A stretch of DNA of 64,000 bases from an uncultured Heliobacteriaceae bacterium (GTDB lineage: Bacteria > Acidobacteriota > Blastocatellia > RBC074), in the NCBI GenBank assembly GCA_964563495.1, contig CAZLYK010000009.1:45-64044 (forward strand). The letters are read 5' to 3'. The position numbers and the translations under genes are program-made. The notes below the pieces were generated by a model. It had not been told where the DNA came from, did not search any database, and was given only the letters and a program-made list of their open reading frames with translations. Of this stretch, positions 1-13,033 are shown piece by piece; the first letter of the stretch is position 1; each line of letters starts with the position of its first letter.

Positions 1-24
1 TTATCTTGTTAATCCTGTCTATTT
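1..24. repeat. family A right-arm fragment at the window edge
   Basis: ttatcttgttaatcctgtctattt. Confidence 0.6.
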
Positions 25-85
25 GACTTTAGGCTCCTACCGCAGGCATTATCAACGGTCCTAATTTACCGCGACGGTAAAGGCT

Positions 86-793
86 ATGGCACAAGAAAGC
101 CTCGCTCTGACGGCGACTCTGATTCAACTGGCAGAGCTCGACCGCTACAATCATTGGATCTATGAGCAGATCGCGCACTCGTTGGGGCGGCGGGTCCTGG
201 AGATCGGCTCGGGCACCGGGAACATCACCCGGTTTCTTTGCGCCGACGATCGCGAAGTGATCGCGACGGATGTCATCCCGACCTATCGGGGCGAGCTCGA
301 GCGGTTGTTCAGCGATCAACCGAATGTTCGAGTCGGCAAGTTCGATCTGACGGCGCCTGCACCCGAGGAGTTCGTCGATCGGCCTATGGATACGGTCGTC
401 TGCCTCAACGTTCTGGAGCACGTCGAGGATGACATTTTTGCCCTGGAGCAGATGCATGATGTGCTCAAGCACGGGGGGTATCTGGCCCTGCTGGTGCCGG
501 CGCACCGGGTTCTTTACGGGGAGTTTGACCGGGCCGTCGGGCATTACCGGCGCTACGAGAAAAAAGAATTGATTGACAAACTCTCTCAGGTTGGGTTTAC
601 TGTCCGGGAGGCGAAATTCTTCAGCCTCCTCGCAGCGTTGCCCTGGTTTATCAATGGTCGCCTGCTCAAGCGCGACTATTTACCGACAGGCCAAGCCAAT
701 CTTGCCAACCGTTTAGTGCCCTTGCTCAAACTCGAACGATTGATCGGCCCGCCGTGTGGTCTGTCACTAATTGCTATTGCCCAGAAACAATAA
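86..793 (+). CDS. class I SAM-dependent methyltransferase
   Basis: ORF 235 aa; [14 protein letters not shown] glycine-rich SAM-binding motif; ATG at 86. Confidence 0.75.
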   Translation: MAQESLALTATLIQLAELDRYNHWIYEQIAHSLGRRVLEIGSGTGNITRFLCADDREVIATDVIPTYRGELERLFSDQPNVRVGKFDLTAPAPEEFVDRPMDTVVCLNVLEHVEDDIFALEQMHDVLKHGGYLALLVPAHRVLYGEFDRAVGHYRRYEKKELIDKLSQVGFTVREAKFFSLLAALPWFINGRLLKRDYLPTGQANLANRLVPLLKLERLIGPPCGLSLIAIAQKQ

Positions 794-799
794 GATTTT

Positions 800-2584
800 A
801 TGCGTTGGTCACAGTATTTTATTCCCACACTCCGCGAAGATCCGGCTGATGCCGAGGTCATCAGTCATAAACTGCTTTTGCGCGCCGGGTTGATCCGTCA
901 GCTGGCCTCCGGACTCTATTCGTATTTGCCGCTCGCGCAGCGTTCGATCCTGAAAATCTCCAACATCATCCGCGAAGAGATGAATGCGGTTGGGGGCCAG
1001 GAGTTCTATCTGCCGGCGCTCAATCCGGCGGAGATCTGGCAGGAGAGCGGTCGCTGGTCGATGATGGGCGACAATATGTTTCGCCTCAAAGATCGCAAAG
1101 GCGGCGATTACTGCCTGGGCATGACCCACGAAGAGGTGATCACCGACATCGCGCGAAACGAACTGCGTTCATACAAGCAACTGCCGCAGGTCTGGTATCA
1201 GATCCAGATCAAATTCCGCGATGAGCCCCGCCCCAAATCGGGATTGCTGCGCGTGCGCCAGTTCACCATGAAAGACGCTTACTCATTCGATGTCGATCCG
1301 GAGGGGTTGGATAGATCGTTCGAGGATCAGCGTAGCGCCTACCGCCGCATCTTCTCGCGCTGCGGACTGGAATTCGTCATCGTCGAAGCCGATTCGGGGG
1401 CGATGGGCGGTTCGGCCTCGAACGAGTTCATGGTCTACACCGACGCCGGCGAGGATATGGTCGCGAGCTGTCCGAAATGCGGCTACGCTGCCAACACAGA
1501 GAAGGCTCGATCGAATCTCCCGGCTGTCGATGATGGAGAGACCGACCTGGCTGTCGAGGAGTTTCCGACTCCGGGAGTGCGGACGATCGAGGATCTGGTC
1601 GGCTTCCCGGGCGGAGCGACGGCCGATCGCCAGATCAAGACCCTGGTCATGGTCGCGGTCGCCGAAAAGGGAAAGCAGTCGCAGTCTACGCCTCTGCTCG
1701 CGCTTTTGCGCGGCGATCACCAGGTCAACGACGCCAAGCTCTTCAACGCCGCGGCCAGGCTGATCAACCAGGACGGCTGGGAGGTAACCCAGGTACGCCC
1801 GGCTCATCCGGGTGAGATCGTCGAAGTCATGGGCGCGCAAGCCGGCAGCCTCGGCGCCGTCGGTGTGACCAAGACATGGGTGGTTGCCGACGAGGCGCTG
1901 CGCGGTCGCCGGAACATGACGACCGGGGCGAACCGGGACGATCACCACCTCCGCGGAGTGAATATCGACCGTGATATCAAGGTCACGCTCTGGACTGACC
2001 TGCGCACGGTTGCCGAAGGTGAGGGCTGTCCCAGATGCGACGGCGTTCTGCGTGTCGCCAAGGCCCTCGAAGTCGGCCATATCTTCAAACTCGGGACAAA
2101 ATACAGCACCTCTATGGGTGCGCACGTTCTGACCGCCGAAGGCAAAGAAGTACCGATCATCATGGGTTGTTACGGCATCGGCGTCGAGCGGATTCTGGCT
2201 GCGGCAATCGAGCTCAGTCACGATGAGGCCGGGATTATCTTCCCAATGACCATCGCGCCATTCCAGATCATCGTCTCACCGCTCAATCTCAAGGACGCGG
2301 ATCTGAAAGCCTCATCGGATCGGATCTATCAGCAGCTCTCGGCTGCCGGGATAGAGGTCCTTTACGATGACCGCGACGAGCGCGCCGGCGTCAAACTCAA
2401 TGACGCCGACCTGGTCGGATTCCCGTTCCAGATCAGAGTCGGCCCGAAGAAGTTGAAAGAGGGCAAGGTCGAGTTTTACGATCGCGCAACGCGCCAGGCT
2501 CAAGATGTCGCGGCCGACTCCGCCGTCGAGCTCGCCCTCCAGCGGATAGAGCAAGCCAAACGTAAGTTAAATAGACAGGATTAA
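800..2584 (+). CDS. proS: proline--tRNA ligase (bacterial type with editing domain)
   Basis: 594 aa; conserved class II aaRS N-terminus [13 protein letters not shown]...LLRAGLIRQ; last 4 codons + stop (NRQD*) come from the intergenic repeat. Confidence 0.9.
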   Translation: MRWSQYFIPTLREDPADAEVISHKLLLRAGLIRQLASGLYSYLPLAQRSILKISNIIREEMNAVGGQEFYLPALNPAEIWQESGRWSMMGDNMFRLKDRKGGDYCLGMTHEEVITDIARNELRSYKQLPQVWYQIQIKFRDEPRPKSGLLRVRQFTMKDAYSFDVDPEGLDRSFEDQRSAYRRIFSRCGLEFVIVEADSGAMGGSASNEFMVYTDAGEDMVASCPKCGYAANTEKARSNLPAVDDGETDLAVEEFPTPGVRTIEDLVGFPGGATADRQIKTLVMVAVAEKGKQSQSTPLLALLRGDHQVNDAKLFNAAARLINQDGWEVTQVRPAHPGEIVEVMGAQAGSLGAVGVTKTWVVADEALRGRRNMTTGANRDDHHLRGVNIDRDIKVTLWTDLRTVAEGEGCPRCDGVLRVAKALEVGHIFKLGTKYSTSMGAHVLTAEGKEVPIIMGCYGIGVERILAAAIELSHDEAGIIFPMTIAPFQIIVSPLNLKDADLKASSDRIYQQLSAAGIEVLYDDRDERAGVKLNDADLVGFPFQIRVGPKKLKEGKVEFYDRATRQAQDVAADSAVELALQRIEQAKRKLNRQD

Positions 2585-2652
2585 CAGGATTTTACAGGAT
2601 TAAACAGGATTAAAGACAAGGCATATAAAAATCCTGTTAATCCTGTCTATTT
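2570..2652. repeat. palindromic CAGGATT-heptad intergenic element (family A), copy 1
   Basis: aatagacaggattaacaggatt...aatcctgttaatcctgtctatt; asymmetric arms (4 vs 2 heptads); core aaagacaaggca in reverse orientation. Confidence 0.9.
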
Positions 2653-3654
2653 TATTCTGAGCACTGCCGCCCCGCGGACGGCATCGTGCTTGAGCGCGTT
2701 GAGCGCGGCGTTCACTTCAGCCAGATCGAAGACCTGGGTCCGGGGATTGATCGGGATTTCCGCCGCGGTTCGCAAAAAGTCCTCGCCGTCCCGGCGCGTA
2801 TTATTGGCGACGCTGCGGATGACTCTTTCGTGGTAGAGCAGCCGGTAATCGATCGGCGGGATCTGGCTCATGTGAATTCCGCCGAGTGCGATCGTCCCGC
2901 CTTTCTTCAATACTTTGAGAGCCGAAATGACCAGTTCGCCGGCCGGCGCGAAGATGATCACGCTGTCCATCTCGACCGGGGGATGATCGTCGCTGAAGCC
3001 GGCCCACGCGGCGCCGAGCTCGACCGCCAGTTCCTGGTGTCTGCGGTCGCGGGTGAAAGCGAAGACTTCTACGCCCCAGTGCCGGGCTATCTGTATCGCG
3101 ACGTGAGCCGCCGCTCCGAACCCATAGAGCCCCAGCCTCCGACCGGGGCTCTGACCCTCCAGACCCGACAAACGCAGCGAGCGAAAGCCTATGATCCCCG
3201 CACAAAGCAGCGGCGCAGCTTGCGTATCGCTGAATACTTCCGGAATTGAATAGACGAATCCGGCCGGCGCTATCGCGTATTCGGCGTAACCTCCATTGAC
3301 GATGTATCCGGTAAAACTTGCCCGTTCACAAAGGTTCTCCTTGCCTTCGCGGCAGAAATCGCACTCGCCACAGGTCCGGTGCAGCCATGGGATCCCGACG
3401 CGGTCTCCCAGTTTGAATCCAGAAACGTGTTGACCGACCTGCGCGACCCGGCCGATGACCTGATGGCCGGGGATGATCGGAAGATGCCGCTCGGGCAGCT
3501 CGCCCTCGATCACGTGCAGATCGGTCCGGCAGACTCCGCAGACGCTGACCTCGATCAGCAGTTGATCCGGCCCCGGCTCGGGCACCGGCGCATCGGTCAA
3601 TACGAGCGGATTGGTCTCAACCGGCGCAATCTGGTTTAGTAGACAGGCTTTCAT
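2647..3654 (-). CDS. zinc-dependent alcohol dehydrogenase family
   Basis: [13 protein letters not shown] and [15 protein letters not shown] zinc-binding motifs; ORF-track N-terminal extension is translation of the repeat, so start trimmed to ATG at 3654 (MKACLL). Confidence 0.8.
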   Translation of the reverse strand: MKACLLNQIAPVETNPLVLTDAPVPEPGPDQLLIEVSVCGVCRTDLHVIEGELPERHLPIIPGHQVIGRVAQVGQHVSGFKLGDRVGIPWLHRTCGECDFCREGKENLCERASFTGYIVNGGYAEYAIAPAGFVYSIPEVFSDTQAAPLLCAGIIGFRSLRLSGLEGQSPGRRLGLYGFGAAAHVAIQIARHWGVEVFAFTRDRRHQELAVELGAAWAGFSDDHPPVEMDSVIIFAPAGELVISALKVLKKGGTIALGGIHMSQIPPIDYRLLYHERVIRSVANNTRRDGEDFLRTAAEIPINPRTQVFDLAEVNAALNALKHDAVRGAAVLRIK

Positions 3655-3663
3655 GTCGGGAAT

Positions 3664-3787
3664 AATAGACAGGATCAACAGGATTTTTGCAGGATTAAAC
3701 AGGATTTTAAAAGAGGTAAATTGGATGTTAACTACCACCCACCCCTTCTAAATCATCCTGTTTAATCCTTTCAAATCCTGTCTATTT
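3664..3787. repeat. family A element, copy 2 (non-palindromic insert in the loop)
   Basis: both arms present, about 43 nt non-palindromic centre. Confidence 0.85.
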
Positions 3788-5944
3788 CTTTCTTTTCCTG
3801 CTCAACTCGACGACGGAGAAATCGACCAGGTGTCGATCGACATTGACCCGGTCGACGCGCACGCGGACGCGATCGCCGAGCTTGAAAGTCCGTTTCCCGC
3901 TTCGCCCGATCAGGGCGTGTCTGCGTTCGTCAAAACGATAGTAATCGTCGATCAGCGTAGCCACGGGCGTCAGACCCTCGATGTAGAAATCGTCGAGCTC
4001 GACGAAAAATCCGAAATCCTTGACGTTGGTGATCAGTCCGTCAAACTCCTCGCCGATGCGCTCGGCCATAAAAACGGCTTTCCGCCATTCGTCTATCTCC
4101 ATCTCCGCGGCGTCGGCGGCGCGCTCGCGCTCGCTCGATTCCTCGCCGATCAATTCCAGTTCGCCAAAGGGAAATCGCGGGGAACTCCTGAGCAGTCCGC
4201 GAAGAATCCGGTGGACGATCAAATCAGGGTAGCGGCGAATCGGGGAAGTGAAATGGGTGTAGACCGGGGCTGCCAGTCCAAAATGGCCGGCATTTTGCGC
4301 CGAGTATCGCGCGCGCTGGAGCGATCGCAGCATGGCGTAAGCCAGCACGCGCTCTTCCGGCTTTCCCTCGATCCGTTTAGACAAATGCTGATAGTCTTTC
4401 GAGCTGACACCTGAGGCAGGAAAGCCGTAACCATACGCCTGAGCCAGCTCGGCGAATTCGATCACCCGCTGCAGTTCGGGCTCTTCGTGGATCCGGTAGA
4501 GTGAAGGCACGCCCAGTTTTTGCATATGCCCGGCGACGGTCTCGTTGGCGAGCAGCATGAACTCTTCGATAATCCGGTGGGCGATGTTGCGCTCGGCTTT
4601 GAGCACGCCCGCGATCCGGCCTTCATCGTCGAATTCAAAGATTGATTCGGGCAGGTTGAAATCGATCGCGCCGCGCTGCTCGCGCATCCGGATCAGGATG
4701 CGCGCCAGCTCCTCCATGGCCTTGAAAAGATCGATCAGCTCGGCGTAGCGCATGGCCAGGTGCGGATCGGCGTGGGTGAGCAGCTGGTTGACATCGGTAT
4801 AGGTCATCCGCTCGTTGCTGCAAATGACCGTCTCGCGCAGATCGTAGCCGACGACGCGGCCTTTCCGGTCGATCTCCATGAGCGCCGACATGGTCAACCG
4901 ATCGACCCTGGGGTTGAGCGAACAGATGCCGTTCGAGAGCTTTTCGGGCAGCATCGGGATCGCGCGTTCAGGAAAATAGACGGACGTGCCGCGCAATCGC
5001 GCTTCCTGGTCGAGCGGGGATCCCTCGCGGACATAATAACTGACATCGGCGATATGCACGCCGAGATGAAAATTTCCGTTTTCCAACTGGTGCAGGCTGA
5101 TCGCGTCATCGAAATCGCGAGCCGTTTCGCCGTCGATCGTGACCGTCGGCGCATGGCGCAGATCGAGACGACCGGCGACCTGCGTCGAGGTCACTTCGGG
5201 CGAGATCGCTTCGCTCTCGTCGAGGACCTCCTCGGGAAAGATGTGCGGGAGGTCGTGTTTATGGATGACGATCTCTATGTCCATGCCCGGTGTGGCGCTT
5301 GACGCGCCGAGCTGCGCAATGATCCGCCCTTGCGGGTTGAGCCGGTTGTGCGGGTAACTGGTCACCTCGACCAGCACGATCCAGCCGTCGGCGAGCTCGC
5401 CAATCTCCCTGTCTCTTTTGAGATCGATATCGAAAGGGAATTTTTCATCGAGCGATTCCGCCCAGCTCTCGCGGAACCCGTGGTGCAATCTGCCGATCAC
5501 TCGCAATTGCCCGCGCCGCAGGATCATTTCGACTCTGGCTGAGCGGTCGCGCTCGCCCTGCCGGCGTGCGACTCCAGCGACGACGCGATCGCCGTCAAAG
5601 GCGCCGTTTAAATCCTCGGGTGCGATTCGTATCCGGCCGCGCGTGCGCTCCGCCGGATCGTCGGGAACCAGACTGATCGATTTGCGGCGGCGCTGGCGGA
5701 TCGTCCCGATCAGTGCCCGGTGCGAATTCGACCAGCGAAATCCCTGACCGTAGCGGCGCAGCAGCCCGACGCTCTGCAATTGGTTCAGCAATTGCTGGAC
5801 TGCCTTCTGCTCGGTGCGGTTGAGCTCCAGCAACTCCCCCAGTTCTCGCGCGGAGAGCCCGTCCGGTTCTTCGCGGATTGCGCTCAGGATCGCATCGATG
5901 TCGATCGATGCGGCCGTTTGATTGGTCTGTTTTCTTCGGCTCAT
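3782..5944 (-). CDS. rnr: ribonuclease R (RNB family 3'-5' exoribonuclease)
   Basis: 720 aa; N-terminal HTH, RNB catalytic core, C-terminal S1 domain and Lys-rich tail (SRKRKK). Confidence 0.9.
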   Translation of the reverse strand: MSRRKQTNQTAASIDIDAILSAIREEPDGLSARELGELLELNRTEQKAVQQLLNQLQSVGLLRRYGQGFRWSNSHRALIGTIRQRRRKSISLVPDDPAERTRGRIRIAPEDLNGAFDGDRVVAGVARRQGERDRSARVEMILRRGQLRVIGRLHHGFRESWAESLDEKFPFDIDLKRDREIGELADGWIVLVEVTSYPHNRLNPQGRIIAQLGASSATPGMDIEIVIHKHDLPHIFPEEVLDESEAISPEVTSTQVAGRLDLRHAPTVTIDGETARDFDDAISLHQLENGNFHLGVHIADVSYYVREGSPLDQEARLRGTSVYFPERAIPMLPEKLSNGICSLNPRVDRLTMSALMEIDRKGRVVGYDLRETVICSNERMTYTDVNQLLTHADPHLAMRYAELIDLFKAMEELARILIRMREQRGAIDFNLPESIFEFDDEGRIAGVLKAERNIAHRIIEEFMLLANETVAGHMQKLGVPSLYRIHEEPELQRVIEFAELAQAYGYGFPASGVSSKDYQHLSKRIEGKPEERVLAYAMLRSLQRARYSAQNAGHFGLAAPVYTHFTSPIRRYPDLIVHRILRGLLRSSPRFPFGELELIGEESSERERAADAAEMEIDEWRKAVFMAERIGEEFDGLITNVKDFGFFVELDDFYIEGLTPVATLIDDYYRFDERRHALIGRSGKRTFKLGDRVRVRVDRVNVDRHLVDFSVVELSRKRKK

Positions 5945-5999
5945 TGAAAAGAGGATACGGGACAGTCGAGAGGTTTATCAAGATACCAAAATGATCGAA

Positions 6000-6066
6000 C
6001 CAGGATTGCATCTTTGTCTCTAATCCTGTTTAATCCTGCACAAATCCTGTTAATCCTGTCTATTTT
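6000..6066. repeat. family A element, truncated (core + right arm)
   Basis: caggattgcatctttgtctctaatcctgtttaatcctgcacaaatcctgttaatcctgtctatt. Confidence 0.8.
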
Positions 6067-6093
6067 CTTCTTTCTTCTTTTTGGGGATTGGTT

Positions 6094-8832
6094 ATGGCCA
6101 GAGTGATCAAAATTTTGTTCTGCCTTCTCGCCGGACCGGCTTGCCTGGTCGAAGGTTCACAGCCCAATCACTGGGCGTTCGTCGCGCCGGTCAGACCGGC
6201 GCTCCCTGAGGTCAAAAACAAGGCCTGGGTTCGCACGCCGATCGACCGTTTTATCCTCGCCGAGATCGAAAAGCAGGGATTGTCCCCGTCACCGCAGGCC
6301 GACAAGGAGACGCTCATTCGCCGGCTCAGTCTGGACCTGACGGGTTTGCCGCCGTCGATCGAGGAGATCGATCAATTTATCGCCGATAGCTCCCCGAACG
6401 GAGATGAAAAGCTGGTCGAGCGATTGCTCGGCAGCAGCCATTACGGCGAACGGTGGGGGCGTTGGTGGTTGGATGTCGCCCGTTACGCCGACACCAACGG
6501 CTTTGAAAAAGACCTCCCGCGCTCGATCTGGCCGTATCGCGACTGGGTAATCAATGCTTTCAACCGGGACATGCCATTCGATCAAATGACGATCGAACAA
6601 TTGGCGGGAGACCTGCTGCCGGGCGCTACGATCGACCAGCGCGTGGCGACGGGATTTCTGCGAAACTCCATGCTCAATCAGGAAGGAGGCGTCGACCCGG
6701 AGCAGTTTCGCGTCGAGGGGATCATCGATCGCGTCGACGCCGTAGGTAAGGCTTTCCTGGGCTTGACGATCAACTGTGCGCAATGCCACACCCACAAATT
6801 CGACCCGATCGCACACAGGGAGTACTACCAGTTTTACGCCTTTCTCAACAGCGACGATGAGCCCGAGATCGAGGTTCCCGGCGAAGCCGTCACCAAAAAG
6901 CGCCGGGAGATTCTCGCCGGGATCGCCCGTCTCGAAGACGACCTGATCGCCAAGACTCCCGGCCTTTCGAAACAAATGGCTGACTGGGAGGAGAAGGTCA
7001 AGCGGGACGCAGTCGAGTGGGTGCCGCTCGAAGACGCCGGCATCTTCGCTTCGTTCGGCGTCAAGTTCGATCGGCTGGAAGATGGTTCGTTTATCGCCAA
7101 GGGTGACAATTCGACGGCCAACAACTACATCGTCAGGGCGAAGACCAATCTGAGGCGGATAACCGGATTCCGGCTTGAGCTGCTGACCGATCCGAATTTG
7201 CCGCGCGGCGGCCCGGGACGGGCAAATGACGGCGGCTCATACGTCTCCGAATTCATCGTCGAAGCCGGCCCTGCAGACAAAGCCGAGCCGGAGGGAAAGG
7301 TGGCGCTCTCGCGGGCCACGGCAGATTTCTCGCACGCCGGTTATCCGGTCGGCAACCTGATCGACGGTGACCAGAAAACCCACTGGGGCATCGACGCCGG
7401 GCCCGGCCGGCGCAACCAGGATCGTCACGCGGTTCTGGTCGCCAAATCCCCGGTCGATTATGAGGGTGGAGCTCTGCTCAAATTTCAAGTCGTTCAAAAG
7501 TTCGACGAGTCGATCAATGTCATGGGCGGCAAGCCGAACATCGGCAGATTCCGCATTTCAGTCACGACGGCGGAAAACCCCGCCGTCGATGCGCTGCCGG
7601 CAAGGATCCGGGGCGTGCTGGCGATTCCGGCTGAACGGCGCACCGCCGAGCAGCAGCGCGAAATCTTCGGCTTTTATCGCACCACGGTCGCCGAATGGGC
7701 TGGGACGAACGCCCGGATCGATGAGCTCATGAAGGATTGGCCATACGGGCCGACCACGCTCGCCCTGGCGTCCAGGCAGACGCCGCGCCAGACGCGCCTC
7801 TTCAGACGCGGCGATTGGAAGCGTCCAGCCGATCCGGTTGAACCCGGGACCCCGGCGATTCTGCATCCGTTTCCGAAAGACGCTCCGCGCAACCGGTTGG
7901 GTTTGGCCGGATGGATCGTCGACAAGGCGAACCCGTTGACGCCGCGTGTGATCGTCAATCGCATCTGGCAGCAATATTTCGGTCAGGGTCTGGTCGCGAC
8001 GCCGGAGGATTTCGGCTCGCGTTGTGAAAGACCATCGCATCCCGAACTGCTCGATTGGCTGGCGCGCGAATTTGTCGAAAGCGGTTGGAGCATCAAGCAT
8101 ATTCATCGCCTGATCGTTAATTCGGCCGTCTATCGCCAGTCTTCGAAACTGACGCCCAGGCTGCAGGAAGCCGACCCGACCAACCGCTGGCTGGCGCGCG
8201 CGCCGCGTCTGCGTGTGGAAGCGGAAACGATACGCGATATCGCGCTCTCGGCGAGCGGCCTGCTCAGTCACAAGATCGGCGGCCCATCGGTCTACCCGCC
8301 GATCCCCGATGGCGTGCTCTCGCTCAGCTACGGCGCAGCCATGAAGTGGGAGACGAGCGCCGGCGAGGACCGTTACCGGCGCGGGATGTACACCTTCTGG
8401 AAACGCGCCATCCCCTATCCCGGTTTGCTGGTCTTTGATGCGCCGAACGCCGATTTCTCCTGCACCCGCCGGGTTAAATCCAACACGCCGCTCCAGGCGC
8501 TGACAACCCTCAATGATCAGGTCTTTATCGAAGCGGCGCAGGCGCTCGCCTGGCGCGCCTTCAAAACCGGGGGCGCCGGCGATCGCGAAAAGATCGTCTA
8601 TGCGTTCAGGCTCTGCACCGGCCGACGCCCGGATCAATTCGAGTTGAACAGATTGACCGATCTTTTGCACGATCAGCAGGTCTATTTTCGAGGGCGCACG
8701 GCGGCGGCGGTCTATGTCTCGTCGCCGGATCTCAATCAGCTGCCCGAGGATGTCGACCTCCACGAGCTTGCCCCGTGGACCATGGTTGCACGCGTCCTGC
8801 TCAATCTGGATGAGACAATCACAAAGGAGTAG
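6094..8832 (+). CDS. DUF1549/DUF1553 (PSCyt2/PSD1) domain protein
   Basis: 912 aa; signal peptide; [17 protein letters not shown] and [14 protein letters not shown] motifs typical of the family; ATG at 6094 (TTG at 6088 in the track). Confidence 0.8.
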   Translation: MARVIKILFCLLAGPACLVEGSQPNHWAFVAPVRPALPEVKNKAWVRTPIDRFILAEIEKQGLSPSPQADKETLIRRLSLDLTGLPPSIEEIDQFIADSSPNGDEKLVERLLGSSHYGERWGRWWLDVARYADTNGFEKDLPRSIWPYRDWVINAFNRDMPFDQMTIEQLAGDLLPGATIDQRVATGFLRNSMLNQEGGVDPEQFRVEGIIDRVDAVGKAFLGLTINCAQCHTHKFDPIAHREYYQFYAFLNSDDEPEIEVPGEAVTKKRREILAGIARLEDDLIAKTPGLSKQMADWEEKVKRDAVEWVPLEDAGIFASFGVKFDRLEDGSFIAKGDNSTANNYIVRAKTNLRRITGFRLELLTDPNLPRGGPGRANDGGSYVSEFIVEAGPADKAEPEGKVALSRATADFSHAGYPVGNLIDGDQKTHWGIDAGPGRRNQDRHAVLVAKSPVDYEGGALLKFQVVQKFDESINVMGGKPNIGRFRISVTTAENPAVDALPARIRGVLAIPAERRTAEQQREIFGFYRTTVAEWAGTNARIDELMKDWPYGPTTLALASRQTPRQTRLFRRGDWKRPADPVEPGTPAILHPFPKDAPRNRLGLAGWIVDKANPLTPRVIVNRIWQQYFGQGLVATPEDFGSRCERPSHPELLDWLAREFVESGWSIKHIHRLIVNSAVYRQSSKLTPRLQEADPTNRWLARAPRLRVEAETIRDIALSASGLLSHKIGGPSVYPPIPDGVLSLSYGAAMKWETSAGEDRYRRGMYTFWKRAIPYPGLLVFDAPNADFSCTRRVKSNTPLQALTTLNDQVFIEAAQALAWRAFKTGGAGDREKIVYAFRLCTGRRPDQFELNRLTDLLHDQQVYFRGRTAAAVYVSSPDLNQLPEDVDLHELAPWTMVARVLLNLDETITKE

Positions 8833-8834
8833 CG

Positions 8835-10286
8835 ATGAATCACCGGGACGAAATCAATAGTGAATACCGCCGGCTGGTCACCCGCCGTCATTTCTTCAGG
8901 GAATGCGGGATCGGGCTGGGATCGATCGCCATGGCGTCGCTGCTCGGCGATAAAATCCTTGCCTCAACCCAGCAGGCCGCGATCAATAATCCGCTCGCAC
9001 CGAAGCCGCCTCATTTCGCGGCCAGGGCAAAGCGCGTGATCTATCTCTTCCAGGCGGGCGCGCCGTCGCAGTTGGATCTCTTCGATTACAAACCCGCGCT
9101 CGTCAAATACAACGGCCAGCCGGTTCCGCAGGAGATGGTCAAAGGGATCAACTATGCTTTTATCAAACCCGACGCCGGCCTCTACGCTTCCGAGTTCAAA
9201 TTCGCGAAACACGGCCAATCCGGCGCCGAAATGTCCGAGGCTTTGATTCATTTGCCGAAAGTCGCCGATCAGATCGCGATCATCCGCTCGATGATCAGCG
9301 AGGCGATCAATCACGCGCCGGGGCAGATCTTTATGAACACGGGATCGGTCCAGTTCGGCCGGCCGAGCATCGGCGCTTGGGTGACTTATGGGCTAGGCTG
9401 CGAAACGCAGGACCTGCCCGCTTTCGTCGTTCTTTCGTCGGCGGGCGGAACCAGCGGCGGCGCCGGCAACTGGGGCTGTGGTTTCCTGCCGACGATCTAC
9501 CAGGGCGTGCCGTTCCGCCGGACCGGCGATCCGATCCTTTCACTCTCGAACCCGCGCGGCATGACTCGCGAGATGCAGCGAAAAACGCTCGATGCCCTCA
9601 AGGATCTCAACGCTCATCACCTCGATCTCAGCGGCGATCCGGAGATTACTACGCGAATCAACTCCTTCGAGATGGCTTTTCGCATGCAGGAGAGCGCTCC
9701 CGAACTGATGGATCTCTCTAAAGAATCGAAAGCCACGCTCGAGATGTACGGGGCTGAGCCGGGCAGGAACTCATACGCCAACAACTGTCTGCTGGCGCGC
9801 CGGATGATCGAACGCGGCGTCCGCTTCGTCCAGCTCTTCCACGAGGCATGGGATCACCACAGCGAAGTCTACAAAGGCGTCAAATCGCAGTCCAAACAGA
9901 CCGACCAGGCGACGACTGGGCTGATTCTCGATCTCAAGCAGCGCGGACTGCTCGACGACACGATCGTCGTCTGGGGCGGTGAATTCGGCCGCACACCCAT
10001 GGTCGAGACCGACCCCGAAGCCAATCGGAGCAAAGGCCGCGATCACCACAACAAGGCCTTCTCGATGTGGGTCGCTGGCGGAGGCTTCAAACCCGGCGTG
10101 ACCGTCGGCGAAACCGATGAGCTGGGATTCAATGTAGTCAATGACCCGGTCCACGTCCACGACCTGCACGCGACGATTTTGCACCTCCTCGGGTTCGAAC
10201 ATACGAAGCTGACTTATCGTTACCAGGGCAGGGATTTTCGGCTGACCGACGTCGGCGGAATCGTGGTTGAAAAACTGTTGGTCTAA
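8835..10286 (+). CDS. DUF1501 domain protein (sulfatase-like fold), Tat signal
   Basis: 483 aa; twin-arginine [14 protein letters not shown]; usual partner of DUF1549/1553 proteins. Confidence 0.85.
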   Translation: MNHRDEINSEYRRLVTRRHFFRECGIGLGSIAMASLLGDKILASTQQAAINNPLAPKPPHFAARAKRVIYLFQAGAPSQLDLFDYKPALVKYNGQPVPQEMVKGINYAFIKPDAGLYASEFKFAKHGQSGAEMSEALIHLPKVADQIAIIRSMISEAINHAPGQIFMNTGSVQFGRPSIGAWVTYGLGCETQDLPAFVVLSSAGGTSGGAGNWGCGFLPTIYQGVPFRRTGDPILSLSNPRGMTREMQRKTLDALKDLNAHHLDLSGDPEITTRINSFEMAFRMQESAPELMDLSKESKATLEMYGAEPGRNSYANNCLLARRMIERGVRFVQLFHEAWDHHSEVYKGVKSQSKQTDQATTGLILDLKQRGLLDDTIVVWGGEFGRTPMVETDPEANRSKGRDHHNKAFSMWVAGGGFKPGVTVGETDELGFNVVNDPVHVHDLHATILHLLGFEHTKLTYRYQGRDFRLTDVGGIVVEKLLV

Positions 10287-10366
10287 ATCAAACCGGACAA
10301 CGCCGGGACACTGGTTGCGTGAGCCCCGAAGACGAGATTGACGAAATTGTTTGAGGATTAAACAAG

Positions 10367-12274
10367 ATGAAATACCGATCTTGGCTGCTGATTTTTCTCA
10401 TCCTCGTGCCGGCCGCTGTCGCTCAATCTTTGTCGCCGCAAAGCAAGCCTAAACCGGCTGCGCCGGCGAAGAGCGATGAGGCCGCGGAAAAAGAGCAGAA
10501 AGAGGCGGAATTGACCGCCCTCGAGTTCCGGGCATTGAGTCTGATCGAGGAGGCCGGCCGCGACGCCGGTCGGCTTGAGAATCTGCGGGAGGGCGCCAGA
10601 TTGCAGGCTTTGGCGGCGGATCTGCTCTGGTCCCACCGGAGGGACAGGGCCCGGCAGCTTTTCGATGAGGCCTTTCAAACCGCCGAGCAGCACTACCGGA
10701 AAAGTCAGGACAATAATACGACCAGGATCTCAAACAGCGCCTGGGTCAGCCGCGACGATGTCCGCATGGAGATCGTTCGTCTGATCAATAAGCACGACCC
10801 GGCTCTGGGGCGGGAGTACACTGAAAAGTTTATCGAATCGAAGAAAAAACAGCGTGAGAGCGGCAATCAAGAGGGGGCGAAGCCGAACAGCCTCGACCAG
10901 ATGTTCGGCTCGAATTCGACCGCGGCGAGCGACCTTCTCCGGATCTCGGATTCTCTGCTCGAGGTCGACCCAAAGCTTGCCATCGAGCTCACCCAGCGAG
11001 CGATCGCGATGAGCGTCACGCCGTCCTTGAGCGGTTTTCTCAATCGGTTGTCGGAGCGTGATCGAGCCGCAGCCGATCGCCTCTTTTTCATGGCTCTCGA
11101 CCGGCTGCGCGCCGACCCGGCCCCTCTGGCCGGTGAGCTCCTCTCGCTGTCCGGCTATCCCTTCGGCGCTGAAGAGATCCGTTTTACCGATGGCGGCGGA
11201 AACACCTCGATGTGGGGGTTCGGCAAGCCGGAGAATTTCAAGGCCGATCCCAGACTGATCCAGAGGTTTCTCTTGAACGGCATGGAGATCCTCACCAAAG
11301 CCTCCGATCCGGCGGTTCTTCAGTTACCCGATGGTGTATCCAGGTTGGGAGCGGCGCTCTTCGCAGCCAGATCGATAGAGCCCAGAGTCGTCGAATATCA
11401 GCCCGCGCTGGCCGAGAAATGGCAGGGCCTGATCGCCAGGATCGCGGCGCTCACCTCGGACGGGCCGCGCCAAAGAATAGACCAGCAAATGCAGGAAGCG
11501 GCTAGCAGGAAAGCCGAGACGCAGAACCCACCTGCGAGCGGCAGCGACGCCCCGACCGTCCAGGCTTTGATCGATCGGGCCAAAGTGGCCGGCAACATCG
11601 TCGAAAAAGACGATCTCTATATGGAAGCCGCGCTCGCCGCCGAACGGACGGGCGATAGCTCATACGCACTGGAGGTCGCCGGCAACATCCTTGATCTGAC
11701 GCTCAGGCAAAAAGCCAAATCCTGGATCAGTTTTGGGGCTTCCACGAAGGCCGTTGGTGAAAAGAGGCTGGATGACGCCAAACGCTTCGCCCTCGATGTC
11801 GATGAGGCCGATCAACGGGCCTACCTCTTTCTGGAGATCGCCAAAGCCGCACTCGGCGATAAGGATCAAGCCCGCGCGCGCGAGCTCATGGAAGAAGCCC
11901 TGCAAAAAGCCAACCAGGTGGAAGACTCGCCCGGCAAGCTGCGCTCCTTGCTCGGCCTCATCAGTCTGTACTCCCAGGTCGATTACAATCGCGCATTCGA
12001 GATTGCCGAGCACGCGGTTCGAACCGCCAATCGTATCCCATCCGACCAGCTCGGAACGGGAATCGACGCCGCCCGGCTGGTCAGAAAGCTCGAAACCAAC
12101 AGAAACAGCATGGCCATGACCACCTCCGTCACCGGGTTCAATCCCGATCACGTCTTCGCGGCTTTGGCGAAGTTCGATTTTCAGAGAGCCCTGACCATCG
12201 TCGAGGGGTTTGAAAGCCTGCCGGTCAAACTCTCGACCACTCTGGCCGTAGCCGGAACGGCGCTCAGGAAATAA
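10367..12274 (+). CDS. hypothetical secreted Ala-rich protein
   Basis: 635 aa ORF with N-terminal signal peptide; no recognisable domain. Confidence 0.55.
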   Translation: MKYRSWLLIFLILVPAAVAQSLSPQSKPKPAAPAKSDEAAEKEQKEAELTALEFRALSLIEEAGRDAGRLENLREGARLQALAADLLWSHRRDRARQLFDEAFQTAEQHYRKSQDNNTTRISNSAWVSRDDVRMEIVRLINKHDPALGREYTEKFIESKKKQRESGNQEGAKPNSLDQMFGSNSTAASDLLRISDSLLEVDPKLAIELTQRAIAMSVTPSLSGFLNRLSERDRAAADRLFFMALDRLRADPAPLAGELLSLSGYPFGAEEIRFTDGGGNTSMWGFGKPENFKADPRLIQRFLLNGMEILTKASDPAVLQLPDGVSRLGAALFAARSIEPRVVEYQPALAEKWQGLIARIAALTSDGPRQRIDQQMQEAASRKAETQNPPASGSDAPTVQALIDRAKVAGNIVEKDDLYMEAALAAERTGDSSYALEVAGNILDLTLRQKAKSWISFGASTKAVGEKRLDDAKRFALDVDEADQRAYLFLEIAKAALGDKDQARARELMEEALQKANQVEDSPGKLRSLLGLISLYSQVDYNRAFEIAEHAVRTANRIPSDQLGTGIDAARLVRKLETNRNSMAMTTSVTGFNPDHVFAALAKFDFQRALTIVEGFESLPVKLSTTLAVAGTALRK

Positions 12275-12287
12275 CCCTCGGTCGATC

Positions 12288-13031
12288 ATGTCTTCTATGC
12301 CGGATGAGCTCGTCCGCCTTTCCAAACTCATGTCTGAACGGGGCATCTGCTCGCGCCGTGAAGCGGATGCCCTGATCAGCCAGGGGCTGGTGCGGGTCGA
12401 TGGTGCGATCGTTAATCAGCTCGGCGTCAAGGTCTCGCCACAGGCGAAGATCGAGCTCGATCCCAAGGCTCTCAGCCATCAACAATCATGGGTCACCATT
12501 ATTCTCAACAAGCCCGTCGGTTACGTCTCGGCCCAGCCCGAACCGGGTTACACTCCGGCGATCAAGCTCATCACGCCGGCGAATATGTTCGGTAAATCCG
12601 AGCTCAAATTGCGGCCCGAACATTTGAAAGGTTTGGCTGTCGCCGGTCGATTGGATATCGATTCGCAGGGACTGTTACTGCTGACACAGGACGGCCGGAT
12701 GGCCAAGAAGATCATCGGTGAAAAGAGCGGGATCGAAAAAGAGTACATCGTCCGCGTCGCCGGCTCGCTTTCGGAGGAGAACCTCGGGCTTTTGCGTGAC
12801 GGCCTCTCGCTCGACGGCAAGCGGCTTCTGCCCGCACGGGTCGAGTGGATCAATCGCGACCAGTTGAGGTTCGTCCTCAAAGAAGGGAAAAAACGCCAGA
12901 TCCGCCGTGTCTGTGAGATGGTCGGTTTGAAAGTCATCGGTCTCAAGCGGGTGAGGATCGGTAAGATCGCACTCGGCAATTTGCCGGAAGGGAAATGGCG
13001 ATTCCTGCGACCTGACGAATCAATCGATTAA
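12288..13031 (+). CDS. pseudouridine synthase, RsuA/RluB family (S4 + catalytic domain)
   Basis: S4-like N-terminus; [17 protein letters not shown] catalytic-Asp motif. Confidence 0.8.
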   Translation: MSSMPDELVRLSKLMSERGICSRREADALISQGLVRVDGAIVNQLGVKVSPQAKIELDPKALSHQQSWVTIILNKPVGYVSAQPEPGYTPAIKLITPANMFGKSELKLRPEHLKGLAVAGRLDIDSQGLLLLTQDGRMAKKIIGEKSGIEKEYIVRVAGSLSEENLGLLRDGLSLDGKRLLPARVEWINRDQLRFVLKEGKKRQIRRVCEMVGLKVIGLKRVRIGKIALGNLPEGKWRFLRPDESID

Positions 13032-13033
13032 TT

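Noticed and set aside
1283-2221. Large antisense or overlapping ORFs inside well-supported genes (for example 1283..2221-, 7558..8763-, 20978..22075-, 56592..57206-, 28203..29009+)
   Set aside because: A high-GC genome gives long stop-free antisense frames. They lie fully within genes with strong homology signatures and have no domain features of their own.
10338-10366. tttgaggattaaacaagatg upstream of the 10367 gene as a family A copy
   Set aside because: Only about 15 nt resemble one heptad pair; too short to call.
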